From a virus, in the IMG/VR virus record IMGVR_UViG_3300029448_000019, positions 4,155 to 68,154 of that record: DNA of 64,000 bases. The stretch is one strand, 5' to 3'. Shown here piece after piece: positions 20,455 through 30,867 of this stretch (the first letter of the stretch is position 1; each line of letters starts with the position of its first letter). The translations under genes and the position numbers were made by a program. The notes beneath the pieces are model-generated. The model saw only the letters and a list, made by a program, of their open reading frames with translations, was not told the origin of the DNA and did not search any database.

Positions 20455-23400
20455 ATGATTAAAGTATATATTGTTGATGGTGTAGAATACAATGTTTCAC
20501 CAGATAGAGAAGAACAGTTTTTAAAAGATTTTCCAGGCGCTCAATTAGTAGAAGAAGAAAATGTGGAAAAGACAGAACCTGTTGCGGAGACGACTGCACC
20601 TGCAGCGGGGAGAATAGACCCGACAAGTACCCTAAGTACGGGATCGCAGTTGGAAGATGGTTCTTTGGGTTCACAAGATCCAGCTAAAGGTGTTTTTGAA
20701 CAAATATTTGGTAAAGATATTGAAAGACAAGAAACCTACGAAGAACGGGAAGCTAGACAAGAATTAGAATTACAAAATAAAAGACAGCAAGTTCTTAACG
20801 AAAGGGGTATTGATCCTAATACAGGTAACCCAAAAGAGTTATCTTCTGGTGAAAAAATGCTTAATAGCTTTGGAAATATGGTTGATCAAATTCAACAATT
20901 TATACCAAATCTTGTAATTTCAAGTAATAAATTTTATAGAACTATTTTTGGTGATGAGGCGGTAGACGCTTTCGTTGCAAATAAAAGTATTCCTGAATTT
21001 TTTAAAGAAGGCCTGTCTGAAGAAGATTTAGATGAAGCTATACAACAACAGCAATTACAAGAAGCCGAAATGAAAGAAACCGGTCAAATTGTAGAAGGTT
21101 TTAAAGAAGGCGATATTGGAGAGATTGCTGCAGGAATTGTTAATGGTGTTACTTCTATAGGTTCTTCTTTAGCAATAAATTATGTAACCGGAGGAGGTGG
21201 CTTAATACCTGACATGATTGGTAGATCTTATATAAATTATAATGATGCACTAGCTAAAGAAAAAGATAAAACATTATCTGATTTAATTAAAGATAAAGAA
21301 GATGGTGTTTTAGTGCCTGCTACTATTGGCACAATATCTGGTATATTAGAAAGATTACCATTAAAGGGTGCAAATAAAGCTGCAATGAATTTTGCTGTTA
21401 AAGCTGGTGTAAATAAAACTTTATCTTCTGTTCTTATTTCTGGTAGTCAAGAGGGTATTACAGAGCTTACTCAAACTGGTTTAGAAGCTGTAAATGAAGC
21501 TGCGGCAAAGGGGGAAGATAAATCAGAAGCTTTTTTTAATGCTATAGGAAGTCAAGAAGGACTAGAATCTTTTTTACAAGGGTTTGTAGGAGGAGGAGTA
21601 ATTGGTGGAAAAACTAGGAATATTCTTGCCGATAAAAAAGATCTTTTAAAAGCATCTTCTGTTTTAAAATCTAAAGAAATTTCAGACGACATAGATAAAA
21701 ATTTAAATGAATTAGCAGAATTAAGAGAGCAAGAAAAACTTTCAAAAGACAAACAAGTTAAAAATAGCATTAGGAAACAAATAAAAGAAAAAGAAAATAT
21801 TATTAGGGATGCTCAATTAGAACATAATAAGATTCTTAATAATATGACTGAAACTGAAATATATGATGCTTCAAAAATTTCAGATGATATAAATAAAATA
21901 AATAATGATATTGACAATATAAATGCTAAGTTTGATAACGGATTAATTAGTGAGTCAGAAAGAGATCTTGTATTAGAAGGTCTTGAATTAGATTTTCAAA
22001 AAAACCAAGATAAGCTTTTAAAAATAAAAGAAGATTCTATAATAAGAGCTGACGAAAAAATTGAAAAGCAAACTCAAACAGTTAAGGACGACGCTGCTAA
22101 ATTAAGAAAAGAAGGCGTAAAAATTGAAGTTAAAGAATTTGAAAATACTAAAGAAACTGAAGAATATATATTATCTAAGGATAAAAGAAAAACAAAAAAA
22201 TCTAAAATAATAGCTGAGTCTGCAGATGGTACAATATACCAAAATGCTGATGGCTCTCAAGAAATAATAATTAATAAAGAAGTTGCAAGAAAAACTGGGG
22301 CTGTTAATGTTGCGGCGCATGAATTTTTGCATGGAGTATTATATAAAACATTAAAAGATAATCCTGATACAGCTATAAATTTAGGCCAGGCTTTAGCAAA
22401 AGAAATAAATAAAATAGATATTTCAAAAGTAAAAAATTCTACTTTTCTTAGAAGATTACAATTATACAAAGATAAACCAGCTGAAACTAGAGCAGAAGAA
22501 GTTATTGCTTTGTTTGCTGATGCCGTAGCTACTGGTGATATTAAATATAATGAAAATGTATTTACTAAACTTGGTAATGTTATAAGAAGAATATTAGAAA
22601 GATTTGGTGTTAAAAAGAAATTTGATACCGGAAAAGATGTATTTAATTTTATAAAAGATTATAATGCTGATATTTCAAGAGGTGGTGTTAGACAATCTAT
22701 AATACAAGGAGCTAAAGAAGGTTTTAAAGGAAAATTAGTTACTGAACCAACAGGACAAAGTACTGCTACAGAAAAAGAATCTAGATCAAATATAAATAGC
22801 CTTTTAGAATCTTATAAGGGCAATAAGCGTACAATGATTGAGCAAGGGTTTACTAAAACTCCCGCGGGTGAAGAAACGTTTATTCCGTTTGAATCTGAAT
22901 TTGGGCAGTCTATAGGAGGATTAGTTGAAAGCATAACTAAAAGAATATATGATCCTATTCCTGAAGATTTGAAAAAAGGACAAACAAGAGCCGAATTTAG
23001 AAATGATTTAGTTTCTGAAGCGGCTACTGTTATTGATAGAGAATATGATGCTTCAAAACAAGATTTAGGCACATTTATTACTAATAGACTTAATTTAAGG
23101 GCTAATAGAATACAAAAAGATTTAGGTGTTAAGCAAAATATTGAAGCGGATGTTACTGAAGCAAAAAACATAACTACTGAGGCTGTAACTCCTGAAGTAC
23201 AACAGATTAAAAAAATAGCTGAAAGATTAGGCGTGTCTGATAATATTATTGATAAAGCAAAAAAAGCTTTAGATATAGCTATTTTAAATGCGCAAAATAA
23301 ATTAAAAGGTACAGAAAAATTATCAGGTAAAAAAAGAATAGCAATAAGAGATAAAGCAATTAATAGTATTATTGATGGTAAGTTATATAGAGATATACAA

Positions 23401-26400
23401 AATGAATTTGGAAGGAATACAAGCACCTCTAAATCCTTTACAGACTATCTTAATAATAACTTTGAAGCTCTAAGAGATGCTGCTTTAAAACATATTAATT
23501 TTCAGAAGGGCACCGGTGCTGCTTTAAACTGGAATACTAAAGCGCCTAGCAAGCAAGAGTTTATAGATTATTATCTTGCTGAAGGTGAAAAAAAATCTAC
23601 GCGTTCTGATAGAAAAAGAAAGCTGGCTAAAGCTGTGGGGCTTGAAATGTCAGAACAAACAAGAAAAGATTATATAGAAAATAATCCTGTTGAAGCTGAA
23701 AAATTTACTAAAGAAACAGGTATACCTTTAGCGTCGCTAAGTTTTGTTAATGAGTTTGTTCAAGAAAATAATATTCCTGATAAAGAAACTTATGATTTAA
23801 ATTTATCTTTAGATGAAAAAACTTTTAAAGAAAATTTAGCTAAATATATTAAAGATATACAAGAAATTATTAATTTATATAACAGTGGTAAATTAATTAA
23901 TAAGTCTATGGTCCAAGGGTTTTTTACAGCTCAAAAGCCAAAAGACGGAACGCCTGAAGGGAAACTTTTTAATTATGCAAAAGAAGAGCTTAAAAAAATA
24001 AAATATGGTAAAGGTGATGAAGAAATTGAAGGTATAAGTTTATATAGTAAAGAAAAGGTTTCAAATTTTATTAAAAGAGCCTTTACTGCTATAGGGGAAG
24101 GTGATGTTAAAGGTACTGATAGAATTCTTAGTATTTTTAAAAAAGATGCTTTTAAAGATTTAATAAGAGCTTACAATATAAGAAATTCTCAACAAGGACT
24201 ACAGTTTTGGACAAAAGCAAATGAAATATTCCAAGATCCTGAAAATAAAAGATTAGCAACTGCATTTGCTTATTTGACTAGCAGCTCTTTTGAAGAAAGA
24301 TCACATCCACATAGTGTTATGGCGGAATTTACTTTTATTGAAAAAGGAATAAAAGGGCAAAAAACTATTATCGAACATGCTGTTCCTTCTAATTATGCTG
24401 CAAAAATATTATCTAATGCTTTATTTGATAGCCCTGAAAGTTTTTTAAAAACTTTTAAAAATGTAAAAAGCCAGTATAAACAAGGTATTCTTAAAAAATC
24501 TACTGATAAAATTATTAATCAGTTTTCAAAACTTGATATGCCTGATGTGGACGGTAGAGCTTATGATATAAATAAAGATTCTTATATTGTAAGATATACT
24601 TCTGCTATTCCTGACATTAAAGATCAATTAATATGGATTGCCGGTGGTACTAACGACTTTGATGTAAAAACTCCTGCAGAACAAAATAAACTATCAAAAA
24701 GTTTAAGTACAGACTTTAATAGAATATTAGAAGAAGTTAAAGGTGTGCCAACAAGAGAAAGATTTTCTGAAGCAAGAGCAAGTATACTAGGGAAAAAGAA
24801 AAATCCGTTTAAATTCTTTGTGCCTTATTCTGCAGAAGATTATATGGGTCTTATATATCCAACTCTTGGTAAAGGCAAAATTGGTGATAAAAATTTAGAA
24901 TGGTATAAAAAAAATATTATAAACCCGTATGCTAAAGGTATACGTGATTTTGAATCCGATAAACAGTTAGCATTGAAATCATGGGAAGAATTAAAAGCTC
25001 AAATTAAAAATACTCCTGCTAAGTTAAATAAAGAAGCTATAAATGATTTTACTAATGAAAACGCTATTAGAATATATTTATGGGCAAAGCAAGGTGTTGA
25101 TTTTAATGATATAGGTCTTAGTAAAAAAGAAGTTGCTGCTATAAATAGGTATGTTAAAAGTAAACCTGAATTAAAAGATTTTGCAACTCAAATACAATCA
25201 TTAACACCTGATGGTTACCCAGAACCTACTGGCACTGATTGGCTTGGGGGTACTATAACAACTGATTTAGTTAACTATACTAATACTGTTTCAAGAGCAA
25301 AGTATCTTAAAGAATGGCAAAATAATGTTGACATTGTGTATAGCAAAGATAACATGAATAAGCTAAAAGCTATTTATGGTGAAAACTATTCTGATGCATT
25401 ACAAGACATGCTTTATAGAATGAAAACCGGTAGGAATAGACCATCTGGCGGTAATAAATTAACTAATCAATATTTAAACTGGGTTAATGATTCTGTAGGT
25501 ACTATAATGTTTTTTAACATGCGTTCTGCTATGTTACAGACTATCTCATCTGTAAACTATTTAAACTGGACAGACAACAACCCTATAAATGTTGCTAAAA
25601 CTGCAGCAAACCAAAAACAATTTTGGTCTGACTTTTCAGAAATATTTAATTCAGACTTTTTAAAATCAAGAAGATCAGGGTTAAAAACAGATGTAAATGC
25701 AGATGAAATTGCTAGAAGTGCGGAAACATCTAAAAATAAATTTAGAGCTGGACTTTCGGCTTTACTTAAAAAAGGATTTTTACCTACACAAATGGCAGAT
25801 AGTTTTGCAATATCATTTGGTGGTGCATCGTTTTATAGAAATAGAATTAACACATATTTAAAGCAGGGGCTTAATGAAAAAGCTGCTAAAGAAAAAGCAT
25901 TTTTAGATTTTAAAGAAATTACTGAAGAATCACAACAATCGTCAAGGCCTGATAGAGTATCTATGCAGCAAGCAAGCCCATTAGGGCGCGTTATATTAGC
26001 TTTTGCTAATACACCTATGCAATATACTAGATTGACTAAAAAAGCTGCTTTAGATTTGATTAATAATCGTGGTGATTGGAAAACAAATCTTTCTAAACTT
26101 GCATATTATGGGGCTGTTCAAAATATAATTTTTACAGCTTTACAAAGTGCAATGTTTGCAATGTTATTTTCTGATACTGATGACGATGAAGAAAAAGAAA
26201 AAATCGGTCGTATTGGTAATGGTATAGCGGACACCTTACTTAGAGGATCCGGTGTTGCAGGTGCAGCAGTGGCTACCGCTAAAAATATGGTTTTAGAAGC
26301 AATAAGACAATATGAAAGTGGTAGACCTAATTATGAAAAAGTTGCTAATCAAATAACTACATTGTCACCACCTATAAATTCTAAATTAAGAAAATTACAA

Positions 26401-27099
26401 TCAGCAGGTAGAGCATTTACTTTTAAGCAGAATCTTGAAAAAATACGCGAAGAAGGCCCGTTATCAATAGATAATCCTGCATATATGGCAGCAGCAGAAG
26501 TATTATCTGCAACAGCTAATATACCTCTCGATAGAGCTTTACGTAAATTAGAAAATTTAAGGGCATCTGTTGATAGTGATACTGAAATGTGGCAACGTAT
26601 ATCTTTAATGTTAGGCTATAGTAAATGGGATGTTGGTATTATTCAAGAAGAAAGAAAACAAAAAAATATTGACAACGGGTTAAGAAGATATTTTGAAAAG
26701 CAATCTAAAATAAGACCAAATAAAAAAAGAAAAGATCCGGCGTCAACTCTTGGAGGCTCTACTAGACGTAGCTCTAAATCAAGAGATAAAGCTTCAACAC
26801 TTAATAAAGGTTTACCAAATGGTGTTTTAGGTAGAGCAAATAATGATGGCACTATTGAAATAAAATCTGGTTTACCTAAAGCAAAAGAAAAAAAAGTTAT
26901 TGCTCATGAAAAGCAACACATGCGTGATATGAAAGCTGGTAAATTAAATTATGATGATAATTTTGTTTATTGGAATAGCAGTAAATACAAACGAACAAAC
27001 GATAATAAAATAGTTTATAATGGCAAAAAATTTCCTGAAGGGCATTCTAAATTACCATGGGAAGCGGTTGCTAATAAAGCAGAAAGAAAAGTAAGTTAA
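20455..27099 (+). CDS. giant internal virion/ejection polyprotein (two HExxH zincin domains, sigma-like segment)
   Basis: 2214 aa with G/A-rich membrane-like helices. HEFLH at aa 622 with downstream EE; sigma-like aa ~815-940; HEKQH at aa 2151. Confidence 0.7.
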   Translation: MIKVYIVDGVEYNVSPDREEQFLKDFPGAQLVEEENVEKTEPVAETTAPAAGRIDPTSTLSTGSQLEDGSLGSQDPAKGVFEQIFGKDIERQETYEEREARQELELQNKRQQVLNERGIDPNTGNPKELSSGEKMLNSFGNMVDQIQQFIPNLVISSNKFYRTIFGDEAVDAFVANKSIPEFFKEGLSEEDLDEAIQQQQLQEAEMKETGQIVEGFKEGDIGEIAAGIVNGVTSIGSSLAINYVTGGGGLIPDMIGRSYINYNDALAKEKDKTLSDLIKDKEDGVLVPATIGTISGILERLPLKGANKAAMNFAVKAGVNKTLSSVLISGSQEGITELTQTGLEAVNEAAAKGEDKSEAFFNAIGSQEGLESFLQGFVGGGVIGGKTRNILADKKDLLKASSVLKSKEISDDIDKNLNELAELREQEKLSKDKQVKNSIRKQIKEKENIIRDAQLEHNKILNNMTETEIYDASKISDDINKINNDIDNINAKFDNGLISESERDLVLEGLELDFQKNQDKLLKIKEDSIIRADEKIEKQTQTVKDDAAKLRKEGVKIEVKEFENTKETEEYILSKDKRKTKKSKIIAESADGTIYQNADGSQEIIINKEVARKTGAVNVAAHEFLHGVLYKTLKDNPDTAINLGQALAKEINKIDISKVKNSTFLRRLQLYKDKPAETRAEEVIALFADAVATGDIKYNENVFTKLGNVIRRILERFGVKKKFDTGKDVFNFIKDYNADISRGGVRQSIIQGAKEGFKGKLVTEPTGQSTATEKESRSNINSLLESYKGNKRTMIEQGFTKTPAGEETFIPFESEFGQSIGGLVESITKRIYDPIPEDLKKGQTRAEFRNDLVSEAATVIDREYDASKQDLGTFITNRLNLRANRIQKDLGVKQNIEADVTEAKNITTEAVTPEVQQIKKIAERLGVSDNIIDKAKKALDIAILNAQNKLKGTEKLSGKKRIAIRDKAINSIIDGKLYRDIQNEFGRNTSTSKSFTDYLNNNFEALRDAALKHINFQKGTGAALNWNTKAPSKQEFIDYYLAEGEKKSTRSDRKRKLAKAVGLEMSEQTRKDYIENNPVEAEKFTKETGIPLASLSFVNEFVQENNIPDKETYDLNLSLDEKTFKENLAKYIKDIQEIINLYNSGKLINKSMVQGFFTAQKPKDGTPEGKLFNYAKEELKKIKYGKGDEEIEGISLYSKEKVSNFIKRAFTAIGEGDVKGTDRILSIFKKDAFKDLIRAYNIRNSQQGLQFWTKANEIFQDPENKRLATAFAYLTSSSFEERSHPHSVMAEFTFIEKGIKGQKTIIEHAVPSNYAAKILSNALFDSPESFLKTFKNVKSQYKQGILKKSTDKIINQFSKLDMPDVDGRAYDINKDSYIVRYTSAIPDIKDQLIWIAGGTNDFDVKTPAEQNKLSKSLSTDFNRILEEVKGVPTRERFSEARASILGKKKNPFKFFVPYSAEDYMGLIYPTLGKGKIGDKNLEWYKKNIINPYAKGIRDFESDKQLALKSWEELKAQIKNTPAKLNKEAINDFTNENAIRIYLWAKQGVDFNDIGLSKKEVAAINRYVKSKPELKDFATQIQSLTPDGYPEPTGTDWLGGTITTDLVNYTNTVSRAKYLKEWQNNVDIVYSKDNMNKLKAIYGENYSDALQDMLYRMKTGRNRPSGGNKLTNQYLNWVNDSVGTIMFFNMRSAMLQTISSVNYLNWTDNNPINVAKTAANQKQFWSDFSEIFNSDFLKSRRSGLKTDVNADEIARSAETSKNKFRAGLSALLKKGFLPTQMADSFAISFGGASFYRNRINTYLKQGLNEKAAKEKAFLDFKEITEESQQSSRPDRVSMQQASPLGRVILAFANTPMQYTRLTKKAALDLINNRGDWKTNLSKLAYYGAVQNIIFTALQSAMFAMLFSDTDDDEEKEKIGRIGNGIADTLLRGSGVAGAAVATAKNMVLEAIRQYESGRPNYEKVANQITTLSPPINSKLRKLQSAGRAFTFKQNLEKIREEGPLSIDNPAYMAAAEVLSATANIPLDRALRKLENLRASVDSDTEMWQRISLMLGYSKWDVGIIQEERKQKNIDNGLRRYFEKQSKIRPNKKRKDPASTLGGSTRRSSKSRDKASTLNKGLPNGVLGRANNDGTIEIKSGLPKAKEKKVIAHEKQHMRDMKAGKLNYDDNFVYWNSSKYKRTNDNKIVYNGKKFPEGHSKLPWEAVANKAERKVS

Positions 27100-27117
27100 T
27101 TTTTAAAATAAATAATT

Positions 27118-28203
27118 ATGGCAAGAGTTAGTGCTAGTGAAAGAAGAAAAGCTAGAAATAAAAGATTATCAAGGGTGCCTATTGGGGGAGGCCAAGGTAA
27201 TAGAATAGGGAAAAAAAGGAGAGAGAAAGCTGCGGCGGCTAAAAAAGCAGCAGCTGAAAAAGCAGCGGCTAAAAAGGCGGCTGATTTAGCTAAAAATTTT
27301 GCAAAAAATCCTGCAGGAACTACAGTTGAATCACAACTTAAATATTTTTCTGATCCAGAAAATAGAAAAAAAGTAGCGGATGCGGTAAGTTTAATGACAG
27401 GTAAAAAATCTTCTAAGCCTACATCTAGTGGCGGAGGAGGTACAGCTAGTAGTGGGGGAGGGACGGCCCCTAAAAATAACAAAGGAAAAATAACAAAAAT
27501 TAATGGTGCACAAGTTGATTATAAAAAAATCTTTAGTGATTATGCAAATGCAGAAGCGCGACAAGAAAAAAGTAAAAAAGATGCACAAGCTAAAGTAGAT
27601 GCACTTTCTAATAAAAAAGAAGCTGCTACTAAACCTGAATCTTTAACTGCTGCTGATAAAAGAAGAAGAAGAAGAGAGAATAGAGTATCAGAAAGAAGAA
27701 TGCTAAGAGGTATTAGAAAAGATGATAAAAGTGTAACTGATTATACACAAGGAGAATTAAATGCATTTAAACAAGCAGAAATAGATAAAATTAAAAAAAG
27801 AAGAACTGGTAGAAACCAATATCTTAGAAACTTTGCGACTCAATTAGCAAGAGGAGAACAAGCTAGGCGACCCGGTGAAAAATATGAAGGGAATTATAAA
27901 GAGGGTGATAATTTTGGACAAAAAGGTGGTTCAAAAGAAAATGTAGCTGAAACAGCACAAACTGAAGAAACTGTAGCACAAAATAAAGAAAAATTAAATA
28001 CACAATCTAATACAAATGATTTTACTAATACTTTTTTAGGGTCAACAAATTTTGCACAAAAAGAGTTTAATATAGGTCCAGAATTTGATCCTTTAAATAT
28101 TAATACTAATTTAACTTCTAGCTTTAATAAAGGTATTGCAACAGAAGACTCTACACCTCAGTCTGCAATGAGAAAGTTATATAATAAAAAAAGGGGCTTT
28201 TAA
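27118..28203 (+). CDS. basic low-complexity protein, last gene of the + arm
   Basis: 361 aa, K/R/A-rich with KKAAAEKAAAKK histone-H1-like repeats. Confidence 0.55.
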   Translation: MARVSASERRKARNKRLSRVPIGGGQGNRIGKKRREKAAAAKKAAAEKAAAKKAADLAKNFAKNPAGTTVESQLKYFSDPENRKKVADAVSLMTGKKSSKPTSSGGGGTASSGGGTAPKNNKGKITKINGAQVDYKKIFSDYANAEARQEKSKKDAQAKVDALSNKKEAATKPESLTAADKRRRRRENRVSERRMLRGIRKDDKSVTDYTQGELNAFKQAEIDKIKKRRTGRNQYLRNFATQLARGEQARRPGEKYEGNYKEGDNFGQKGGSKENVAETAQTEETVAQNKEKLNTQSNTNDFTNTFLGSTNFAQKEFNIGPEFDPLNINTNLTSSFNKGIATEDSTPQSAMRKLYNKKRGF

Positions 28204-28213
28204 CGGCCCCCTT
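28186..28213 (-). terminator. terminator at convergence of the two arms
   Basis: GGGGC/GCCCC stem flanked by an A-run (U-tract on the - strand), between converging stops at 28203 and 28218. Confidence 0.55.
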
Positions 28214-28217
28214 ATAT

Positions 28218-28418
28218 TTAAAATATTAATCCTATTAGTATACCTGCTATAGGCCCTAATATTGCCCATGCTTCTAAAAACTTAATTCTTTTAAGTTCTT
28301 TAGCAGAGAAAACATTATCAGAAGTATCAAGAATAGCATCACCTGCTTTTTTTTTTAATTGTTCTTCTAACTCTTTAATCTTTGCTTTAGCATCTGAAAA
28401 AGTAAATCTTTTTGCCAT
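28218..28418 (-). CDS. small protein with C-terminal TM helix
   Basis: Coiled-coil N-terminus and WAILGPIAGILIGLIF tail. Confidence 0.55.
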   Translation of the reverse strand: MAKRFTFSDAKAKIKELEEQLKKKAGDAILDTSDNVFSAKELKRIKFLEAWAILGPIAGILIGLIF

Positions 28419-28433
28419 AATATTGAATTTAAA

Positions 28434-30176
28434 TTAACCATCGCAGCTTAAACAGTTGGGATCCATAGCTGCTGCGGCTATATCTCCCCTCAGCACGGAT
28501 TCAGTCCTCATATAATAAAGAGTTTTGATTCCGCGCTTCCATGCTTCAACATGCACCTGATTAATCCATCTGGGGGTTGCCTCGGATGGAAATGCCAGGT
28601 TAAGTGAAACAGATTGATCTATGTAATCCTGCCGTATACCGGCTTGCCTTACAAGTTCAAGTTGATTTATTTCTTTAAAAGTTTTAAATACATTTTTTAT
28701 TGGTTCTCCTTCTTCTTGGTTTAATCGTCCTCTTTCATCGTAAAACCATCCATCGAGTTCTTTAAGTCCTTGAACGGATCCCCCATCTTCCAAAATTTTG
28801 TCCCAAGTTTCTTTATAGTCAATACCAATCTTTCTAAGTGCTTTTTTAAGTTCATTATTTTTTCTTATAAATGTTCCCTTAGCTGATTGTTCTGTAAATA
28901 CATTTGCAGCCCATGGTTCAATGCCAGCTGATGTATTCCCTGCTAACTTACTATTAGATACGGTAGGTGCTACTGCTCTTAAATGAGTATTACGCATACC
29001 AGTACCCACACACCACAAGGGCTCACCATATGTTTCTGCAAGGGCTCTTGAAGCACGTTCAGTTTCAATTTTTATTTTTGAAAATATTTCTCGCGTTTTG
29101 AATTGTGCTAATAAACCTTCGAAAGATATTCCGCTCTTTTGCAACAGGCTGTGCCACCCAAGGACACCAAGTCCAAGAGCCCTGCCTTTCTCCGCACTGC
29201 GAACAGAGCATTCGAACCCCTTCATATTCTTTGCCCTCTGAATAAATTCTTCGAGCACACCGTCCAGGAACCAGGTTGCGTCGTATATTAAATTCGTATT
29301 CTTCCATTCATTATATTTATCTAGATTTACAGATGACAAACAGCAAACAAAACTGTGTGACTCATCTGTATGTAATACAATTTCACTACATATGTTAGTC
29401 ATATGTACCTTTAAACTGTTTTTCTTATATGCTTCTGGATTGTTTTTGTTTGTATTTCCTTTAAACAAGATATATGGTTCTCCAGTTGCTTTACGTTTTT
29501 GGATGAGTTTGGACCACTTATTCCTTGCGTCTGGATTTCCTTGTTCAAGTTTTCGCATAAACTTATCGCCAACGACAGCACACTGATGTAAGTTAAGAGA
29601 TTGCCTGTTGACATCACCTTTGGGTTCTCTAATTTCCAACCATTCGAGGAAGTCATTGTGTTCAATATTGATATTAACGCTAGCAGCTCCTCTTCTAACT
29701 GAACCTTGATTGGTTGCGAGTATAGTTGAGTCGTAGACTTTGCAAAAAGGGACAACGCCGTCTGATGTTCCATTACCTGTAATTTTAGATCCGGCAGGTC
29801 TAATCATATTAACTCCAATGCCAACTCCCCCACCGTGTTTTGCAAGCAGCATCATTTCTAAATTCTTATTACCTATTTCCATTATACTATCTCCTACATC
29901 AATACCAAAACAACTTATTGGTAAACCTCTATCGGTTCCTGTATTAGACAGCACAGGTGAAGCTAAGCAAAGCCAACCTTTCCATATATAATCAAAAAAC
30001 TTATCAGCCATTTCAGGTTTATAAAGTCTTTTAGCTACAGTCTTAGCAACTCTAGTATAAGCATCGCGAGGAGATTCCCCATTAACAAGATAACCTCCTG
30101 ATATAGTTTTTTTATAAACATCAGTATCTCCCCATGCGGGATAGTCTTGACCTTTTACCCATTCATTATTCCACAT
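28434..30176 (-). CDS. nrdA: ribonucleotide reductase class I alpha subunit
   Basis: PISCF, TNICSEI catalytic loop, VCCLSS, APTVSNS, KTLYY, C-terminal CLSC; no ATP cone. Confidence 0.95.
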   Translation of the reverse strand: MWNNEWVKGQDYPAWGDTDVYKKTISGGYLVNGESPRDAYTRVAKTVAKRLYKPEMADKFFDYIWKGWLCLASPVLSNTGTDRGLPISCFGIDVGDSIMEIGNKNLEMMLLAKHGGGVGIGVNMIRPAGSKITGNGTSDGVVPFCKVYDSTILATNQGSVRRGAASVNINIEHNDFLEWLEIREPKGDVNRQSLNLHQCAVVGDKFMRKLEQGNPDARNKWSKLIQKRKATGEPYILFKGNTNKNNPEAYKKNSLKVHMTNICSEIVLHTDESHSFVCCLSSVNLDKYNEWKNTNLIYDATWFLDGVLEEFIQRAKNMKGFECSVRSAEKGRALGLGVLGWHSLLQKSGISFEGLLAQFKTREIFSKIKIETERASRALAETYGEPLWCVGTGMRNTHLRAVAPTVSNSKLAGNTSAGIEPWAANVFTEQSAKGTFIRKNNELKKALRKIGIDYKETWDKILEDGGSVQGLKELDGWFYDERGRLNQEEGEPIKNVFKTFKEINQLELVRQAGIRQDYIDQSVSLNLAFPSEATPRWINQVHVEAWKRGIKTLYYMRTESVLRGDIAAAAMDPNCLSCDG

Positions 30177-30177
30177 A

Positions 30178-30579
30178 CTATAATAATATATATATTATAT
30201 AACCTATTACTAAGTTAATATTTATTATAACTAAGTTCCATTGTTTTGCAATCCATACCTGAGGAGTTAACAACAATCCTCCAAGTATATATGTTATAGC
30301 ACCTATATTGCCATAATTTAATATGTAAGGTGATAACATTATAAAAGCAGAACCCATATATCCTAGTCTATTTGATAATCTTTCTTTTGCTGTTAATCTT
30401 CTATCGTGTACTAATAATCTTATAAAAGATGTTTTCCAGCGGAACTCACACCTAGCACATGTTTTTTTACCTTCATGCTTAAAGTGTTTGTTTCCTTTAT
30501 TTTTTTTGCAAACATTGCAAATTCTTTTTAGTTGCTTACCTTCTGCCATAACCATGCTTGTTGCGATCTTGGTCTGCAT
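30178..30579 (-). CDS. CxxC-CxxC zinc ribbon fused to 3-TM membrane domain
   Basis: CNVC...CARC followed by three hydrophobic helices; true start is probably a downstream ATG near 30550. Confidence 0.55.
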   Translation of the reverse strand: MQTKIATSMVMAEGKQLKRICNVCKKNKGNKHFKHEGKKTCARCEFRWKTSFIRLLVHDRRLTAKERLSNRLGYMGSAFIMLSPYILNYGNIGAITYILGGLLLTPQVWIAKQWNLVIININLVIGYIIYILL

Positions 30580-30857
30580 ACAACCATAGTTTCATTACCT
30601 ATATAATAACAAAGGTTGTAGCTGTCTACTGTATCTTTTCTTACAATACGTAATTCTTTATTAACATACTCTATTGTTCCCGTTGATACGGTTATTTTTT
30701 TTCTTGTACCAACCTCTACAGTAAATCTGTTAAAAGTATCATTTTCAAATATCTTAACAAACTCTCCTTCATCATTATACCATAGTCCGTATATTTCATT
30801 GCTTTGGGCATATGATGCTGCACTAAATAATAATAATAATAATAATAATTTTTTCAT
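30528..30857 (-). CDS. secreted beta-barrel (lipocalin-like) protein
   Basis: Signal peptide MKKLLLLLLLFSAASYAQ; IYGLWY motif. Confidence 0.55.
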   Translation of the reverse strand: MKKLLLLLLLFSAASYAQSNEIYGLWYNDEGEFVKIFENDTFNRFTVEVGTRKKITVSTGTIEYVNKELRIVRKDTVDSYNLCYYIGNETMVVCRPRSQQAWLWQKVSN

Positions 30858-30867
30858 TTTATTTTTT

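Noticed and set aside
24360-24400. IEHAVP as an HNH nuclease motif in the giant protein
   Set aside because: The match is too short, and I could not identify the remaining HNH residues.
26170-26195. DTDDD as the DxDxD catalytic motif of a crAss-type virion RNA polymerase
   Set aside because: It lies in an acidic run right after a hydrophobic helix, with no double-psi-barrel context.
30826-30849. (AAT)n microsatellite as a phase-variation tract
   Set aside because: It is a triplet repeat encoding the poly-Leu signal peptide (also near 34620), so slippage would keep the frame.
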